A stretch of 64,000 nt of DNA, from the NCBI GenBank assembly GCA_964567555.1, contig CAZMNA010000003.1:18882-82881 (forward strand), given 5' to 3'. Below are positions 50,285 through 59,314 of the stretch, in pieces. Every line of letters begins with the position of its first letter. The stretch's first letter is position 1. Made by a program: the position numbers and the translations under genes. The DNA comes from an uncultured Candidatus Saccharibacteria bacterium (GTDB lineage Bacteria > Patescibacteriota > Saccharimonadia > Saccharimonadales > UBA10212). The notes under the pieces are model-generated. The model was given only the letters and a program-made list of their open reading frames with translations. It did no database searches and was not told where the DNA came from.

Positions 50285-50420
50285 AATATCAAGAGAGCAG
50301 CGAGGGATCTAGCCCAACGACCTGCCAGCAACCTAGCGTTCTTGCCAAGGTGCTAAGCCTAGCCCAAACGGGAAGGATAAAATCGATGAATCCTTTCCTT
50401 GCCAGAAAGGATTTTTATTT
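50285..50420 (+). promoter_or_regulatory. SAM-I (S-box) riboswitch with an intrinsic terminator that sequesters the metK SD
   Basis: ATCAAGAGAGCAGCGAGGGATCTAGCCCAACGACCTGCCAGCAACC..GGTGCTAAGCC matches the SAM-I core (AUCAAGAGAGG.GGAGGGA.UGGCCC..GCAACC..GGUGCUAA). Hairpin tcctttc/gaaagga plus T8 lies at 50391-50420, immediately before the metK ATG. Confidence 0.75.
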
Positions 50421-50421
50421 A

Positions 50422-51546
50422 ATGAGCGACGAATATCATGCCGATTTATTTACATCAGAAAGTGTTTGCGCCGGTCACCCGGACAAGATTTGTGATGCTA
50501 TCTCCGATGCCATCGTGGATGCGGGCCTTGCTCAAGATCCTGACTCGCGCTGCGGCATAGAGACAGTCGCTGGCGCCAACCAGATTTGCCTATTTGGCGA
50601 GATAAAGACCAAAGCTCAGCTGGATTTTGAAGCTATTGCTCGCGGCAAGGTAAAAGAGCTCGGCTACACTCGTCCGGAGTGGGGGTTTTCTCAGCAGAGC
50701 ACATTTTCTAATGACATTCATCAGCAATCTCCAGAGATAGCCCGAGGTGTTGACCCGGGCGGGGCAGGCGACCAAGGCATGATGTTCGGCTTCGGGTGCA
50801 ACGAAACACCGGAGCTGATGCCTCTGCCCATAATGCTGGCCCATAGCCTAACCAAGCGGATTGATGAAGCCCGCCAAAACGGTGAGCTAGGCTGGCTACG
50901 GCCCGACGGCAAAGCTCAGGTAACAGTGCGTTATAAAGATGGCAAACCTTCCAGTATTGAAAAGCTGGTTGCTGCGGTAGCGCATGATGAGCACACTGCG
51001 CCCGAACAAGTCCGCGCCGATGTCATTGCTAACATTATGCAGCCGGTCGTGGAACACTACGGTCTTAAATTACCGACCGAAAACAATATTATTGTTAATG
51101 GCACTGGTCTTTGGCACATCCCCGGTCCCGAGAGCGATGCAGGTCTGACTGGCCGTAAGATTGTTGTGGACGGCTACGGTGGCTATGCCCGCGTCGGCGG
51201 CGGCGCCTTTTCCGGCAAGGACCCCTCTAAAGTGGACCGCTCTGGTGCGTATGCGGCGCGCTATATTGCCAAAAATATCGTGGCGGCTGGGCTAGCCGAT
51301 AAGTGCGAGGTAGGACTAGCCTACGTGATTGGCCAACCGCGGCCGCTGATGCAAACAATAGATACTTTTGAAACCGGCAAGGTTAGCGACGAAGAGCTCC
51401 ACCAGTTCAAAGACAAGCTGCTAGATACCAGCGTAAAGGGCATAATCAACGGCCTAAAATTGGCTCGGCCAATATACTCAGCCACAGCTGCCTATGGTCA
51501 CTTTGGCAAAGCCGACTTGCCGTGGGAGCAAATTGCCAAAACTTAG
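50422..51546 (+). CDS. metK: S-adenosylmethionine synthetase
   Basis: FTSESVCAGHPDK, GAGDQGMMFG and GGGAFSGKDPSKVDRS motifs. Start moved to the ATG at 50422, downstream of the riboswitch. Confidence 0.9.
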   Translation: MSDEYHADLFTSESVCAGHPDKICDAISDAIVDAGLAQDPDSRCGIETVAGANQICLFGEIKTKAQLDFEAIARGKVKELGYTRPEWGFSQQSTFSNDIHQQSPEIARGVDPGGAGDQGMMFGFGCNETPELMPLPIMLAHSLTKRIDEARQNGELGWLRPDGKAQVTVRYKDGKPSSIEKLVAAVAHDEHTAPEQVRADVIANIMQPVVEHYGLKLPTENNIIVNGTGLWHIPGPESDAGLTGRKIVVDGYGGYARVGGGAFSGKDPSKVDRSGAYAARYIAKNIVAAGLADKCEVGLAYVIGQPRPLMQTIDTFETGKVSDEELHQFKDKLLDTSVKGIINGLKLARPIYSATAAYGHFGKADLPWEQIAKT

Positions 51547-51674
51547 GTTTTGCACAAGTTTGCCCACAACTTACCCACAACTTCTAAACAGAAAAACGAT
51601 GCTTGTGTAAAAAATCCATAGTCCGCCAAAAAATAGGCGTTGACGCGTCTCACGGTTCCGATTATAGTAGTTAG

Positions 51675-51788
51675 TGTCATCGTGAGGTGACGCGGTAAGA
51701 TCAGCAATGAAACTACCGTCTAGGTAACCCCTCCCTCGTGGAAGAGTTACCACAAAAATAGGGCCCTCAAAAGCCCTATTTTTGGTTT
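51675..51788 (+). ncRNA. candidate small RNA 1 (~110 nt) with its own promoter and terminator
   Basis: TTGACG-17-TATAGT promoter at 51640-51668. Transcript contains a GUGAGGUGAC hairpin and a C-rich CCCCUCCCUC loop. Intrinsic terminator atagggc/gccctat plus T5 at 51758-51785. No plausible ORF. Confidence 0.5.
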
Positions 51789-52237
51789 CCGGGACAGACC
51801 AAGCCAGCTTTCTCGACGGCCCAGCCACCGATACCGCTGGCTTTCTTAGTCTATTGCTTCGTCAGGAGCTTGCGTTGCTTGCTTGCAGTATCTTTGCATA
51901 CAGCTTCTCTCCGCTACTCGCTCCTTTCTCGCACTAGATCTAAATCTGCCTCCGGCAACTATTGGCAAAGTGCCTAAAACTTGGGCGGGGATTGTAGAAA
52001 TAACAAAAATCTTTACAAGATTTAGCCATTTAGGTTATGCTTTTTTCAGGCTAAGCAAAAAGCCAAAAGTACACCTCACAAAAAAGGGCGGGCAGTCACC
52101 CGAGTTGGATTGATTGCTCGCCCATCTCTTTGACCGCAGAGTCGCCTGTGGATAATTAAGTTTATTGCAAAAAATACTACGCTCTAAGGTGTTATGAGCG
52201 CGTTGACACACAATGAACGGCGGACTATAGTTAATAG

Positions 52238-52335
52238 CGTCATCTACTTTGTGAGGTGACAGATAGACTCCCTAAAAAGAGACTATCGCCAAAGACAGGG
52301 CCCTCAAAAGCCCTGTTTTTGTTTTCTCAAGCTTT
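52238..52335 (+). ncRNA. candidate small RNA 2 (~95 nt), paralog of sRNA 1; could instead be a cis-leader of the FMN-binding gene
   Basis: TTGACA-17-TATAGT promoter at 52203-52231. It shares GTCATC..GTGAGGTGAC, CTCCCT and the terminator AGGGCCCTCAAAAGCCCT-T5 with sRNA 1. It ends 33 nt before the ATG at 52368. Confidence 0.5.
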
Positions 52336-52367
52336 TATCAGCCACACATTGGTAAACTACCCTTTGT

Positions 52368-52934
52368 ATGCGAAAAACGATTGCCATTATTGCCTGCGTC
52401 GCCCTACTTGGGATTTTGAGCTATGGCCTGCACCAAACGGGCGGTCCACAAGGCCTAGTCCAGCCAAAAAAGACTTTGGCCGGCTCTTCGGTCTCAGCTA
52501 CTTCGCCGACGGGCGGAAGTGTGTCTTATAAAGACGGTACCTTCACCGGCAGTGCCGAGTATATGCCTTACGGCACGGTCCAGATTGCGGCTGTCATTTC
52601 GGGCGGCAAGATAAAAAACATAAAATATCTTCAGATGCCAAGCGGTCTAGGCCACACCAACCAAGTCACTTATGTCGCCGAACCGCTACTCAAACAGACA
52701 ACCCTCTCCGCCCAGAGTGCTAATATAGATTTTGTCTCCGGGGCAACTCTAACCAGCGAAAGTTATCAAGCTTCCTTACAATCTGCCTTGGACCAAGCAG
52801 CTACCTCAGGATCTTCGGGTTCAACCGGTAGCTCAAACGCGTCTAGCAATGCAGCGCAGGGTAACAACGCTAACACGAATAACTCAGGCAACACACCGGT
52901 TTACAATCAGCCCTACATCTACGGAGACCAGTAG
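52368..52934 (+). CDS. secreted FMN-binding domain protein (flavinylation motif SGAT)
   Basis: N-terminal signal/TM. FMN_bind domain YKDGTFTGSA..IKNIKYL..FVSGATLTSESY, then a Ser/Asn/Gly-rich linker. Confidence 0.75.
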   Translation: MRKTIAIIACVALLGILSYGLHQTGGPQGLVQPKKTLAGSSVSATSPTGGSVSYKDGTFTGSAEYMPYGTVQIAAVISGGKIKNIKYLQMPSGLGHTNQVTYVAEPLLKQTTLSAQSANIDFVSGATLTSESYQASLQSALDQAATSGSSGSTGSSNASSNAAQGNNANTNNSGNTPVYNQPYIYGDQ

Positions 52935-52944
52935 CCTCCCAAAA

Positions 52945-53649
52945 ATGAGACAAACTTTTCATGTAATGGGGACAGTCGCGTCCCTGGACATCCCCGGCTG
53001 CGAGGACGGGGATGTCTTTAAAGCGGCCTTTGAGCGTCTACACAAAATCGATGAGGATTACAGCCCATTTAAACCAACCAGCTTAGTGAGCCGCTTTAAC
53101 GAAAATAAGTTAAAAAAGCCAGGGCCAGAATTTCAAAAAATAGTTACGGCCTGCCAGCAGTGGCAAAAAGCTACCGATGGTTACTTTTCGGCTTGGTACG
53201 GCAAAGAGTTTGAGCCCTCAGGCTACGTTAAAGGCTGGGCTATAGATGAGGCCGCCAAGGTTATAAAAAAAGCTGGTTATAAAACATATTGCCTGGGTAT
53301 CGGCGGCGATGTACTGGCAGCATCAGCCGGCGAAAAAATTTGGAAAGTCGGTATACAAGACCCCAGAAATCCTAAGCGATTGCTCCAGGCCGTGCATATG
53401 AGTAGTGGCGCCATAGCAACCAGCGGTGCATATGAGCGGGGCGCTCATATCATCAACCCAAAAACCGGGACCACAGCTAAAGCCTGGAAAAGCGTGAGCA
53501 TAATCGGGCCGGATATTATTAGTGCTGACGTGTTGGCCACGGCAGCCTTTGCGATGGAAGGCGCACCGGAATTTTTGGACGGCTGGCATGAGTATAATTA
53601 TCTGCTTGTGGACCCCAAAAATAGACAGGTGACTAATCTAGCAGCCTAA
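52945..53649 (+). CDS. ApbE-family FAD:protein FMN transferase (compact, 234 aa)
   Basis: ApbE similarity throughout (GWAIDEAA, LGIGGDV, TSGAYERG.HIINPKTG). No signal peptide is seen from the ATG at 52945. Confidence 0.7.
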   Translation: MRQTFHVMGTVASLDIPGCEDGDVFKAAFERLHKIDEDYSPFKPTSLVSRFNENKLKKPGPEFQKIVTACQQWQKATDGYFSAWYGKEFEPSGYVKGWAIDEAAKVIKKAGYKTYCLGIGGDVLAASAGEKIWKVGIQDPRNPKRLLQAVHMSSGAIATSGAYERGAHIINPKTGTTAKAWKSVSIIGPDIISADVLATAAFAMEGAPEFLDGWHEYNYLLVDPKNRQVTNLAA

Positions 53650-54530
53650 TTTAGGTCTTCAGTCCTGACCAACCCAAGATCAACGAAGTTTTTCACTAAG
53701 TGTGTCTCGCCGGCCGCTAAACAAGCGCGCGCTGCCTCCATGTACTCTTCCTTGGTAAAACTGGATCTGCTCGCTACAGCCTCAGTCGCCAGGAGTCCTT
53801 GGTCTCCAAGTATAGCCGCATTGGCCCCAGCCTCTTTCGCGCGATCTGCCCAGAAAGGATTTAATTTTTCGTCAAGTACTGCTGAAGAAATAAGATGCAT
53901 GCTCTGTTCCAAGGAAATCAGGCGCCTACTGATTTTTGTCATATCAATCGCCTCACGTAGGCCAGGGCTAAACTTAAAACGCGGTGCTCTATGAGACGCT
54001 AGCTCGTAAAGGCGGTCATTTGAGGCATTGTTAAAACCAATACTAAAGGACTCTTCGCGCTTAGAGTCTGGATTGTCGTCGTCAAAGACGTGCAGGAATT
54101 TCAGCGGGTCCGCTACTAACGCTCCCAAGGAGTCGTCTCTAATTAAGCTGAACGCCAGCTCGGCAGTAAGGTCATTCCTACCCTTCCACTCTTCCCACCT
54201 TAATATGGGGTTTGCAACTAAATTGTGGCCTGGATTTTTCTCGAGGATTAAGGTTGGCCCCACCCGGACGGATGAATGTTGAACATAGCCACTCGTGTGT
54301 CGGTAGGTGAAGTATCCATTTTCATGCCATAGATTATTAATAGCCTCGGCTTGCTCAACCAAGGCTCTATTGTGGCGAATCAGGGGGTGGTAGGCGCTTT
54401 TGGCAATCCGTTCTTGGGTTTTTTGTTCAATTCGCGCCTGCTTTTGTTCGGCTCTTGCGGTATCCCTTGCGGCATCAAGCTCCCGCTTTCGTCTTGTCCC
54501 GAGCCAGTTATCCAAGGTCTCGTAATTCAT
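53646..54530 (-). CDS. hypothetical protein (294 aa)
   Basis: ORF only; charged, helical N-terminus. Confidence 0.45.
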   Translation of the reverse strand: MNYETLDNWLGTRRKRELDAARDTARAEQKQARIEQKTQERIAKSAYHPLIRHNRALVEQAEAINNLWHENGYFTYRHTSGYVQHSSVRVGPTLILEKNPGHNLVANPILRWEEWKGRNDLTAELAFSLIRDDSLGALVADPLKFLHVFDDDNPDSKREESFSIGFNNASNDRLYELASHRAPRFKFSPGLREAIDMTKISRRLISLEQSMHLISSAVLDEKLNPFWADRAKEAGANAAILGDQGLLATEAVASRSSFTKEEYMEAARACLAAGETHLVKNFVDLGLVRTEDLN

Positions 54531-54576
54531 AGATGACTACAATACAATTTTCTGGGCGATTATTCAAGAGCGGGTT

Positions 54577-56064
54577 CTAATTGTAGCCGGGGAAGAAATC
54601 CGTCACGATCTGCCCGTAAGGAACACCGGCAGTAAGTAGTAGTTGACGCATGCCGGCTACATAACCTTGAGGGCCGGAAATATAAAACCGGCGCACCCTA
54701 AAATCAGGGATTTTTTTGGCAAGAGAACCAACGTCCAGGCCGCTAGTTATAAAGTGGCTGGTCAGGCCAACGCTGGCCGCCCGTTTAAACAACCCGGTAT
54801 ATGCAAATTCGTTTGCGTCATTTGCGTTATAAATAAGCACTATATTGCGCCAAGCGTTATGATCCAGCAGGGATTTAACCATGCTCCTAAATGGTGTCAC
54901 GCCAATGCCGCCGGCTAAAAAAGCTAGTCTGACCCGGGGATCCTCAGGCAGAACGAAATCCCCGGCCAGCTGAGCTGCCAAAATCTTTCCGCCCGGCTTC
55001 AGCGAGCCAAGAGCAGATTTAAAACCACTGGGTTGAGGCGGAACTTTGATAGTGAAGGCAACCGAAGGCTCGGTTGGTGAAGAGGCGATGGTTAGATAGC
55101 GGCGGTTGCCGCGGCTGTCTAAGCGTACGCCGGGCAGGGTCCATTCCATATATTGGCCTGGTATAAAAGCTAGTCTCTTTTTAGTCTCAAATATATAGCT
55201 ATAGATTCCACTGGCTTCTTTTTGGGAGCGCACCAGCTTGAGTACCATGCTGCGATTGGGGGACATGATAAAGGTCAGAATATTACCGACAAGCAATGCC
55301 TCCTCGGGCGCTAGTTTTAGGCGCGCAATTGAGTAAGCACCGCCGACAACTACAGCGTAAACCAGTTGACCGTTGAGTGTGGTCGGAGAAGTCAGCGGCT
55401 CGGTTAGCATGATGGTGGCAAAAAATAACAGCGAGCTATCTAAGATGGCAGCAACCAGTGTGCTGGCAGCGTGCTCGGCCGGCGCATAGGCCAGCGTATA
55501 GGACAAAAATATGGCCATCGTCACAGCCACCATCTGCATTCGTCTGATTCTTTTGACAATCAAAAAACCACCTATTAATACAAGTGGCGCTAACGGCTTA
55601 GTGCCAACCCACCAACTTGCATAATTATTGAGTCCAACCCCGGCGATGAGCGCGCCAAGTGCTGCCGGGTTAAAAATGTGCCGCCCGTGCCAAGTTAGGA
55701 TGAACTTACTCGCGATGGCTCCGAATCCTGCCACTGCCAATATCCCTAGGCCGTGGAGATTGGTAGCCGGAGTCATTATTAGGCTCAAAATCAGGGCGGT
55801 AATTAAATAAGATTCCTGATTGGCTGGTATCCTCAGAAGCTTGGCTAAAATCCAGTTGAGCGCGCCGCAGACGGCAATCAGCCAGCCAACCGAACTTAAA
55901 AGCTGCCAGGCGGTGAAGGACAGTTTGTGCAGACTAGTTAAGACCGCTGCTGCCAACACGTAAATAATCAGCGCGTAGAGCACTAGACGATAGGTCGTGA
56001 ACCTGTCCAGCAGTCTATCAATTACGTCTTCGGCCTTGGCCAAGGCTAAGTTGAGAGTTTTCAT
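54577..56064 (-). CDS. fusion of an RnfD/NqrB-like polytopic membrane domain with a C-terminal FAD/NAD(P)-binding ferredoxin-reductase domain
   Basis: N-terminus has ~8 TM helices with HIFNPAALGALIAG (NqrB/RnfD NPA motif). C-terminus has RYLTIASSP (RxYS FAD site) and GGIGVTPF (NAD site). Confidence 0.6.
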   Translation of the reverse strand: MKTLNLALAKAEDVIDRLLDRFTTYRLVLYALIIYVLAAAVLTSLHKLSFTAWQLLSSVGWLIAVCGALNWILAKLLRIPANQESYLITALILSLIMTPATNLHGLGILAVAGFGAIASKFILTWHGRHIFNPAALGALIAGVGLNNYASWWVGTKPLAPLVLIGGFLIVKRIRRMQMVAVTMAIFLSYTLAYAPAEHAASTLVAAILDSSLLFFATIMLTEPLTSPTTLNGQLVYAVVVGGAYSIARLKLAPEEALLVGNILTFIMSPNRSMVLKLVRSQKEASGIYSYIFETKKRLAFIPGQYMEWTLPGVRLDSRGNRRYLTIASSPTEPSVAFTIKVPPQPSGFKSALGSLKPGGKILAAQLAGDFVLPEDPRVRLAFLAGGIGVTPFRSMVKSLLDHNAWRNIVLIYNANDANEFAYTGLFKRAASVGLTSHFITSGLDVGSLAKKIPDFRVRRFYISGPQGYVAGMRQLLLTAGVPYGQIVTDFFPGYN

Positions 56065-56101
56065 CTTGAGATATATTTGCCCGCCAAGCTGAGAATGGGC
56101 T

Positions 56102-57286
56102 TTAGGGGTTACAAATCTTGCAGTCGCCGGCTTCGCGGGCTTCCTCCATCAACAGTTGTCCAGCCTTCCACCACGGCTCAAAGTCGCGGAAGCCGACAAA
56201 GTCGGCCGCATCTCTTAACCACCAGCCCAAACGGCCAAAGGTACCAAAATGACCCCACAGCACTGCCGCCCAGCCGTGACCGCACGGCGTGATATAAACC
56301 GGTTTCTTGGGTGTGTAAGCTTTCGGTGGAGCACCGGCCGCCAGCCGCTTTAAATTGCCGGCCACAAACTTAGCATCAAAGAGTGCGGTCTGGGCCATCC
56401 CGCTATAGGGCGTATCAGAGTTGTCGCCAATAACGTAAATATTGTCTTCTGCCGCCAGCTTCTCATCCACGGCTACCTTACCGTGTTCGCTCAAGGCAAA
56501 ACCGTTAGTGCTGTAAAACGGGTGATTGGCTACTCCGGCAGTCCAAATAACCGTATGACTAGCGATGGAGTGGCCGCTAACTTTCAATTCGTCGGCTGTC
56601 TCGGCTTGGACACTCTGGCCAAGGTATAACTTTACACCCAACTTTCGTAGGCGTTTTGCTACGGCTTTAGAATAAGCACCTGGCATACGGGGCATCAACC
56701 TGGGCTCGGCTTCCACTAAATCCACATGGAACTTGCGAGGAGGCAACTTGTGGGCTTGCCTGACTCTATCCAAGTAGCCGGGCAGGGCGCCAGCTAGTTC
56801 TACTCCGGTTGGGCCGCCGCCGATGATTACATAGTTAAGTTCGCCCTCACCTGTAGTCAAGCTTGTATGCAAATGCTCGCGCAGGCGCCGAGCTTCCTCT
56901 ACCGATTTTATACCGTAGGCGTATTGCTCTAAACCCTTAATGCCAAAGTAGTTGGTAACAACGCCCAGAGCCAAGACCAAGTCATCGTAGGCGCATTTTT
57001 TGCCGTCTTTGCTTAAAACCTGCTTTTTAGTGCGGTCCAGTTTTGCCGCAGTGCCGCCTACTAACTTAACCGGCCTATTCTCAAAAATACTGCTTAACAT
57101 GATTTTTGACGCGCCCAAAGAGCCTCCAGTGGCCGCCCTATAAAGAGTCGGGTAGTAGCGGAAATGATTGTGCTCACTCATTAGAGTCACTTCAAAACGC
57201 GTATCGCCGGATAGCTCAAGGGCTGTTTTTATGCCGCCAAAGCCTCCGCCCACAACTAGAACTTTTCTTTTTTGGTTCATTATCAA
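56102..57286 (-). CDS. type II NADH dehydrogenase (NDH-2)
   Basis: Two dinucleotide-binding motifs (VVGGGFGG and IIGGGPTGVE); overall NDH-2 similarity. Confidence 0.8.
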   Translation of the reverse strand: MIMNQKRKVLVVGGGFGGIKTALELSGDTRFEVTLMSEHNHFRYYPTLYRAATGGSLGASKIMLSSIFENRPVKLVGGTAAKLDRTKKQVLSKDGKKCAYDDLVLALGVVTNYFGIKGLEQYAYGIKSVEEARRLREHLHTSLTTGEGELNYVIIGGGPTGVELAGALPGYLDRVRQAHKLPPRKFHVDLVEAEPRLMPRMPGAYSKAVAKRLRKLGVKLYLGQSVQAETADELKVSGHSIASHTVIWTAGVANHPFYSTNGFALSEHGKVAVDEKLAAEDNIYVIGDNSDTPYSGMAQTALFDAKFVAGNLKRLAAGAPPKAYTPKKPVYITPCGHGWAAVLWGHFGTFGRLGWWLRDAADFVGFRDFEPWWKAGQLLMEEAREAGDCKICNP

Positions 57287-57332
57287 CTATTTTAGCCTAT
57301 TTTTCTGAGACTGCTTAGATTGACGTGGTATC

Positions 57333-58820
57333 ATGGAAAAATATGTTTACCGAGAGGGACTGCTAACAGTGGCGAATAGAGAACTATCTAAGCACTCAGA
57401 AAATAAGTGGAGAGTGTTGTCACTGCTGGTCATTGCCCAGTTTATGGTTGTTTTGGATGTTTCTATAGTTAATGTGGCTTTGCCGAGCATGGCTAAAGCC
57501 CTGCATTTTTCTGGCAGCAACCTCCAATGGGTCATTACCGCCTATACTCTGACTTTTGGTGGCTTCTTGCTCTTGGGCGGCCGAGCAGCCGATCTTTACG
57601 GTCGGCGCAGGATGTTCATCGGCTCGGTCTTCGCTTTTGCCGTGATGAGTTTGCTTTGCGGCTTTGCTGCGAGCGAGGATCAAGTCATTTTTGCTAGGGC
57701 CTTCCAGGGTCTGGCGGGGGCGTTTATGTCGCCAGCTGCGCTATCTATCGTTATCAGTGAATTCCGCGAAGGCAAAGACCGTAACACGGCGCTGGGCATT
57801 TGGGCGGCGGTGTCGGCCGGCGGTGCAGCAGTTGGGTTAGTGATGGGCGGTGTACTGACCCAGTACCTTAGTTGGCGCTGGAACTTCTTCGTAAATGTGC
57901 CTATTGGCGCTTTTGTAGTCTTCACTGCGATTAGACTTCTACCACACCATATCGGAGAGGAGCACAAGAAAACGCGTCTGGATTTCCCTGGCGCCGCCTT
58001 CGCTACCAGCGGTTTGGTAAGTTTGGTCTATGGCCTATCCAAGGCACCAGCCGATGGCTGGGGTTCTACCACAGTCTGGGCTTTTATAGTGGCTGGCATA
58101 GCTCTGATGGTGGGCTTCGTCTTAAATGAAAGCCGTACTGCTCAGCCGATGCTGCCGTTGAGCCTGTTTAAAACGCGTAATGTCTTGGGGGCTAATGCGG
58201 CCTTCTTGGTGATTGCCTGCACGATGTTCTCCATGTTCTTCTTCATGACACTATACGTCCAGCAAGTGCTTGGCTATTCACCAGTTAAATCCGGCTTTAG
58301 TTTCTTGCCTGTCACCTTTGTGATTGCCACCATGTCCGGCCTGGTCGCCAAATTTATTGTCCCCAAACTTGGTTACAAACCGCCGATGAACCTTGGTCCC
58401 CTGGTATTAGCGCTTGGGCTGTTCACGATTGCCCACACTATGAAAGTTGGCGGGACTTACTGGCATAATGTCTTTCCCGGTTTAGCTATCGCCGCGTCCG
58501 GCATGGGTTTAACTTTCGTATCCGGTACTCTAGCGGCTACATCAGGCGTCCCTAAGCATCTGTCGGGCATAGCTTCGGGCGTTTTAAATACCGCCCAGCA
58601 AGTAGGCGGTGCCATCGGCTTGGCAATTTTATCGGCGGTGGCATTTTCGACCATTCATGCTGAAACTTCAGCCGGCGGACCGGCTAATTATGCCCAGGTT
58701 CATGGTTACCAGGCCGGCTTGGATGTTGGTGTAGGTTTGGCGCTCGCCGCCGCTGTGGTCGTGCTGCTGGTGGTTAAAAACCACAAAGTTGATCCTAGTA
58801 AGATGATGCCGGGCGCTTAG
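57333..58820 (+). CDS. MFS transporter, 14-TMS DHA2 (EmrB/QacA-like) family
   Basis: LDVSIVNVALPSMA motif, 14 hydrophobic segments. Confidence 0.8.
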   Translation: MEKYVYREGLLTVANRELSKHSENKWRVLSLLVIAQFMVVLDVSIVNVALPSMAKALHFSGSNLQWVITAYTLTFGGFLLLGGRAADLYGRRRMFIGSVFAFAVMSLLCGFAASEDQVIFARAFQGLAGAFMSPAALSIVISEFREGKDRNTALGIWAAVSAGGAAVGLVMGGVLTQYLSWRWNFFVNVPIGAFVVFTAIRLLPHHIGEEHKKTRLDFPGAAFATSGLVSLVYGLSKAPADGWGSTTVWAFIVAGIALMVGFVLNESRTAQPMLPLSLFKTRNVLGANAAFLVIACTMFSMFFFMTLYVQQVLGYSPVKSGFSFLPVTFVIATMSGLVAKFIVPKLGYKPPMNLGPLVLALGLFTIAHTMKVGGTYWHNVFPGLAIAASGMGLTFVSGTLAATSGVPKHLSGIASGVLNTAQQVGGAIGLAILSAVAFSTIHAETSAGGPANYAQVHGYQAGLDVGVGLALAAAVVVLLVVKNHKVDPSKMMPGA

Positions 58821-59254
58821 GCCGACTGGCACGCTGAACAAAGTCCGTGAACCTCCAAAACATGGCCGCGTGGGGAAAGACCCTCTTTGCTGGCTACGGA
58901 ACTTATCATTGTCTCTAACATCTGGTTGGCCGGCAGGGTGTAAGTGCGGCCGCACTTGGTGCAGTAAAAATGGTGGTGGTGGCCTGCAAACATTTCAGAC
59001 AACTCAATCTTATATTTCCAGCCAATGTTTAAGCGGCTGACAATACCTAGGCGTTCAAACAGCTCAATCGTTCGATAAAGTGTAGCGCGGTCTGTCTTGC
59101 CTTGTCCGCGCTTGACCAGCACCTGCATGCTTTGAGCCTCTTGGCCCAACAGTAAATCAAATACTGCCAAACGGCTTTTGGTCAGACTGGCGCCGCTCTT
59201 TTTTAATATCGCTCGCAGGTCTTTATGTTGGGCACTCATCTCATCCATAGGCAA
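58817..59254 (-). CDS. Fur-family metalloregulator (likely Zur)
   Basis: HHHFYCTKCG..C..C metal sites. Divergent from the ZIP transporter gene. Confidence 0.75.
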   Translation of the reverse strand: MPMDEMSAQHKDLRAILKKSGASLTKSRLAVFDLLLGQEAQSMQVLVKRGQGKTDRATLYRTIELFERLGIVSRLNIGWKYKIELSEMFAGHHHHFYCTKCGRTYTLPANQMLETMISSVASKEGLSPRGHVLEVHGLCSACQSA

Positions 59255-59314
59255 TATTATAGATTTCTGCGACAGATTTGCAAAAAAATGATGTAGCCCG
59301 CTATTATCAAACGC

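Noticed and set aside
50350-50421. Longer metK start at 50350 from the ORF track
   Set aside because: It would translate through the SAM-I aptamer and the terminator. The MetK N-terminal homology begins at the ATG at 50422.
51883-52113. 76-aa ORF between the two candidate sRNAs
   Set aside because: Low-complexity, Leu/Lys-rich, no RBS. It lies between a terminator and a promoter and is probably non-coding.
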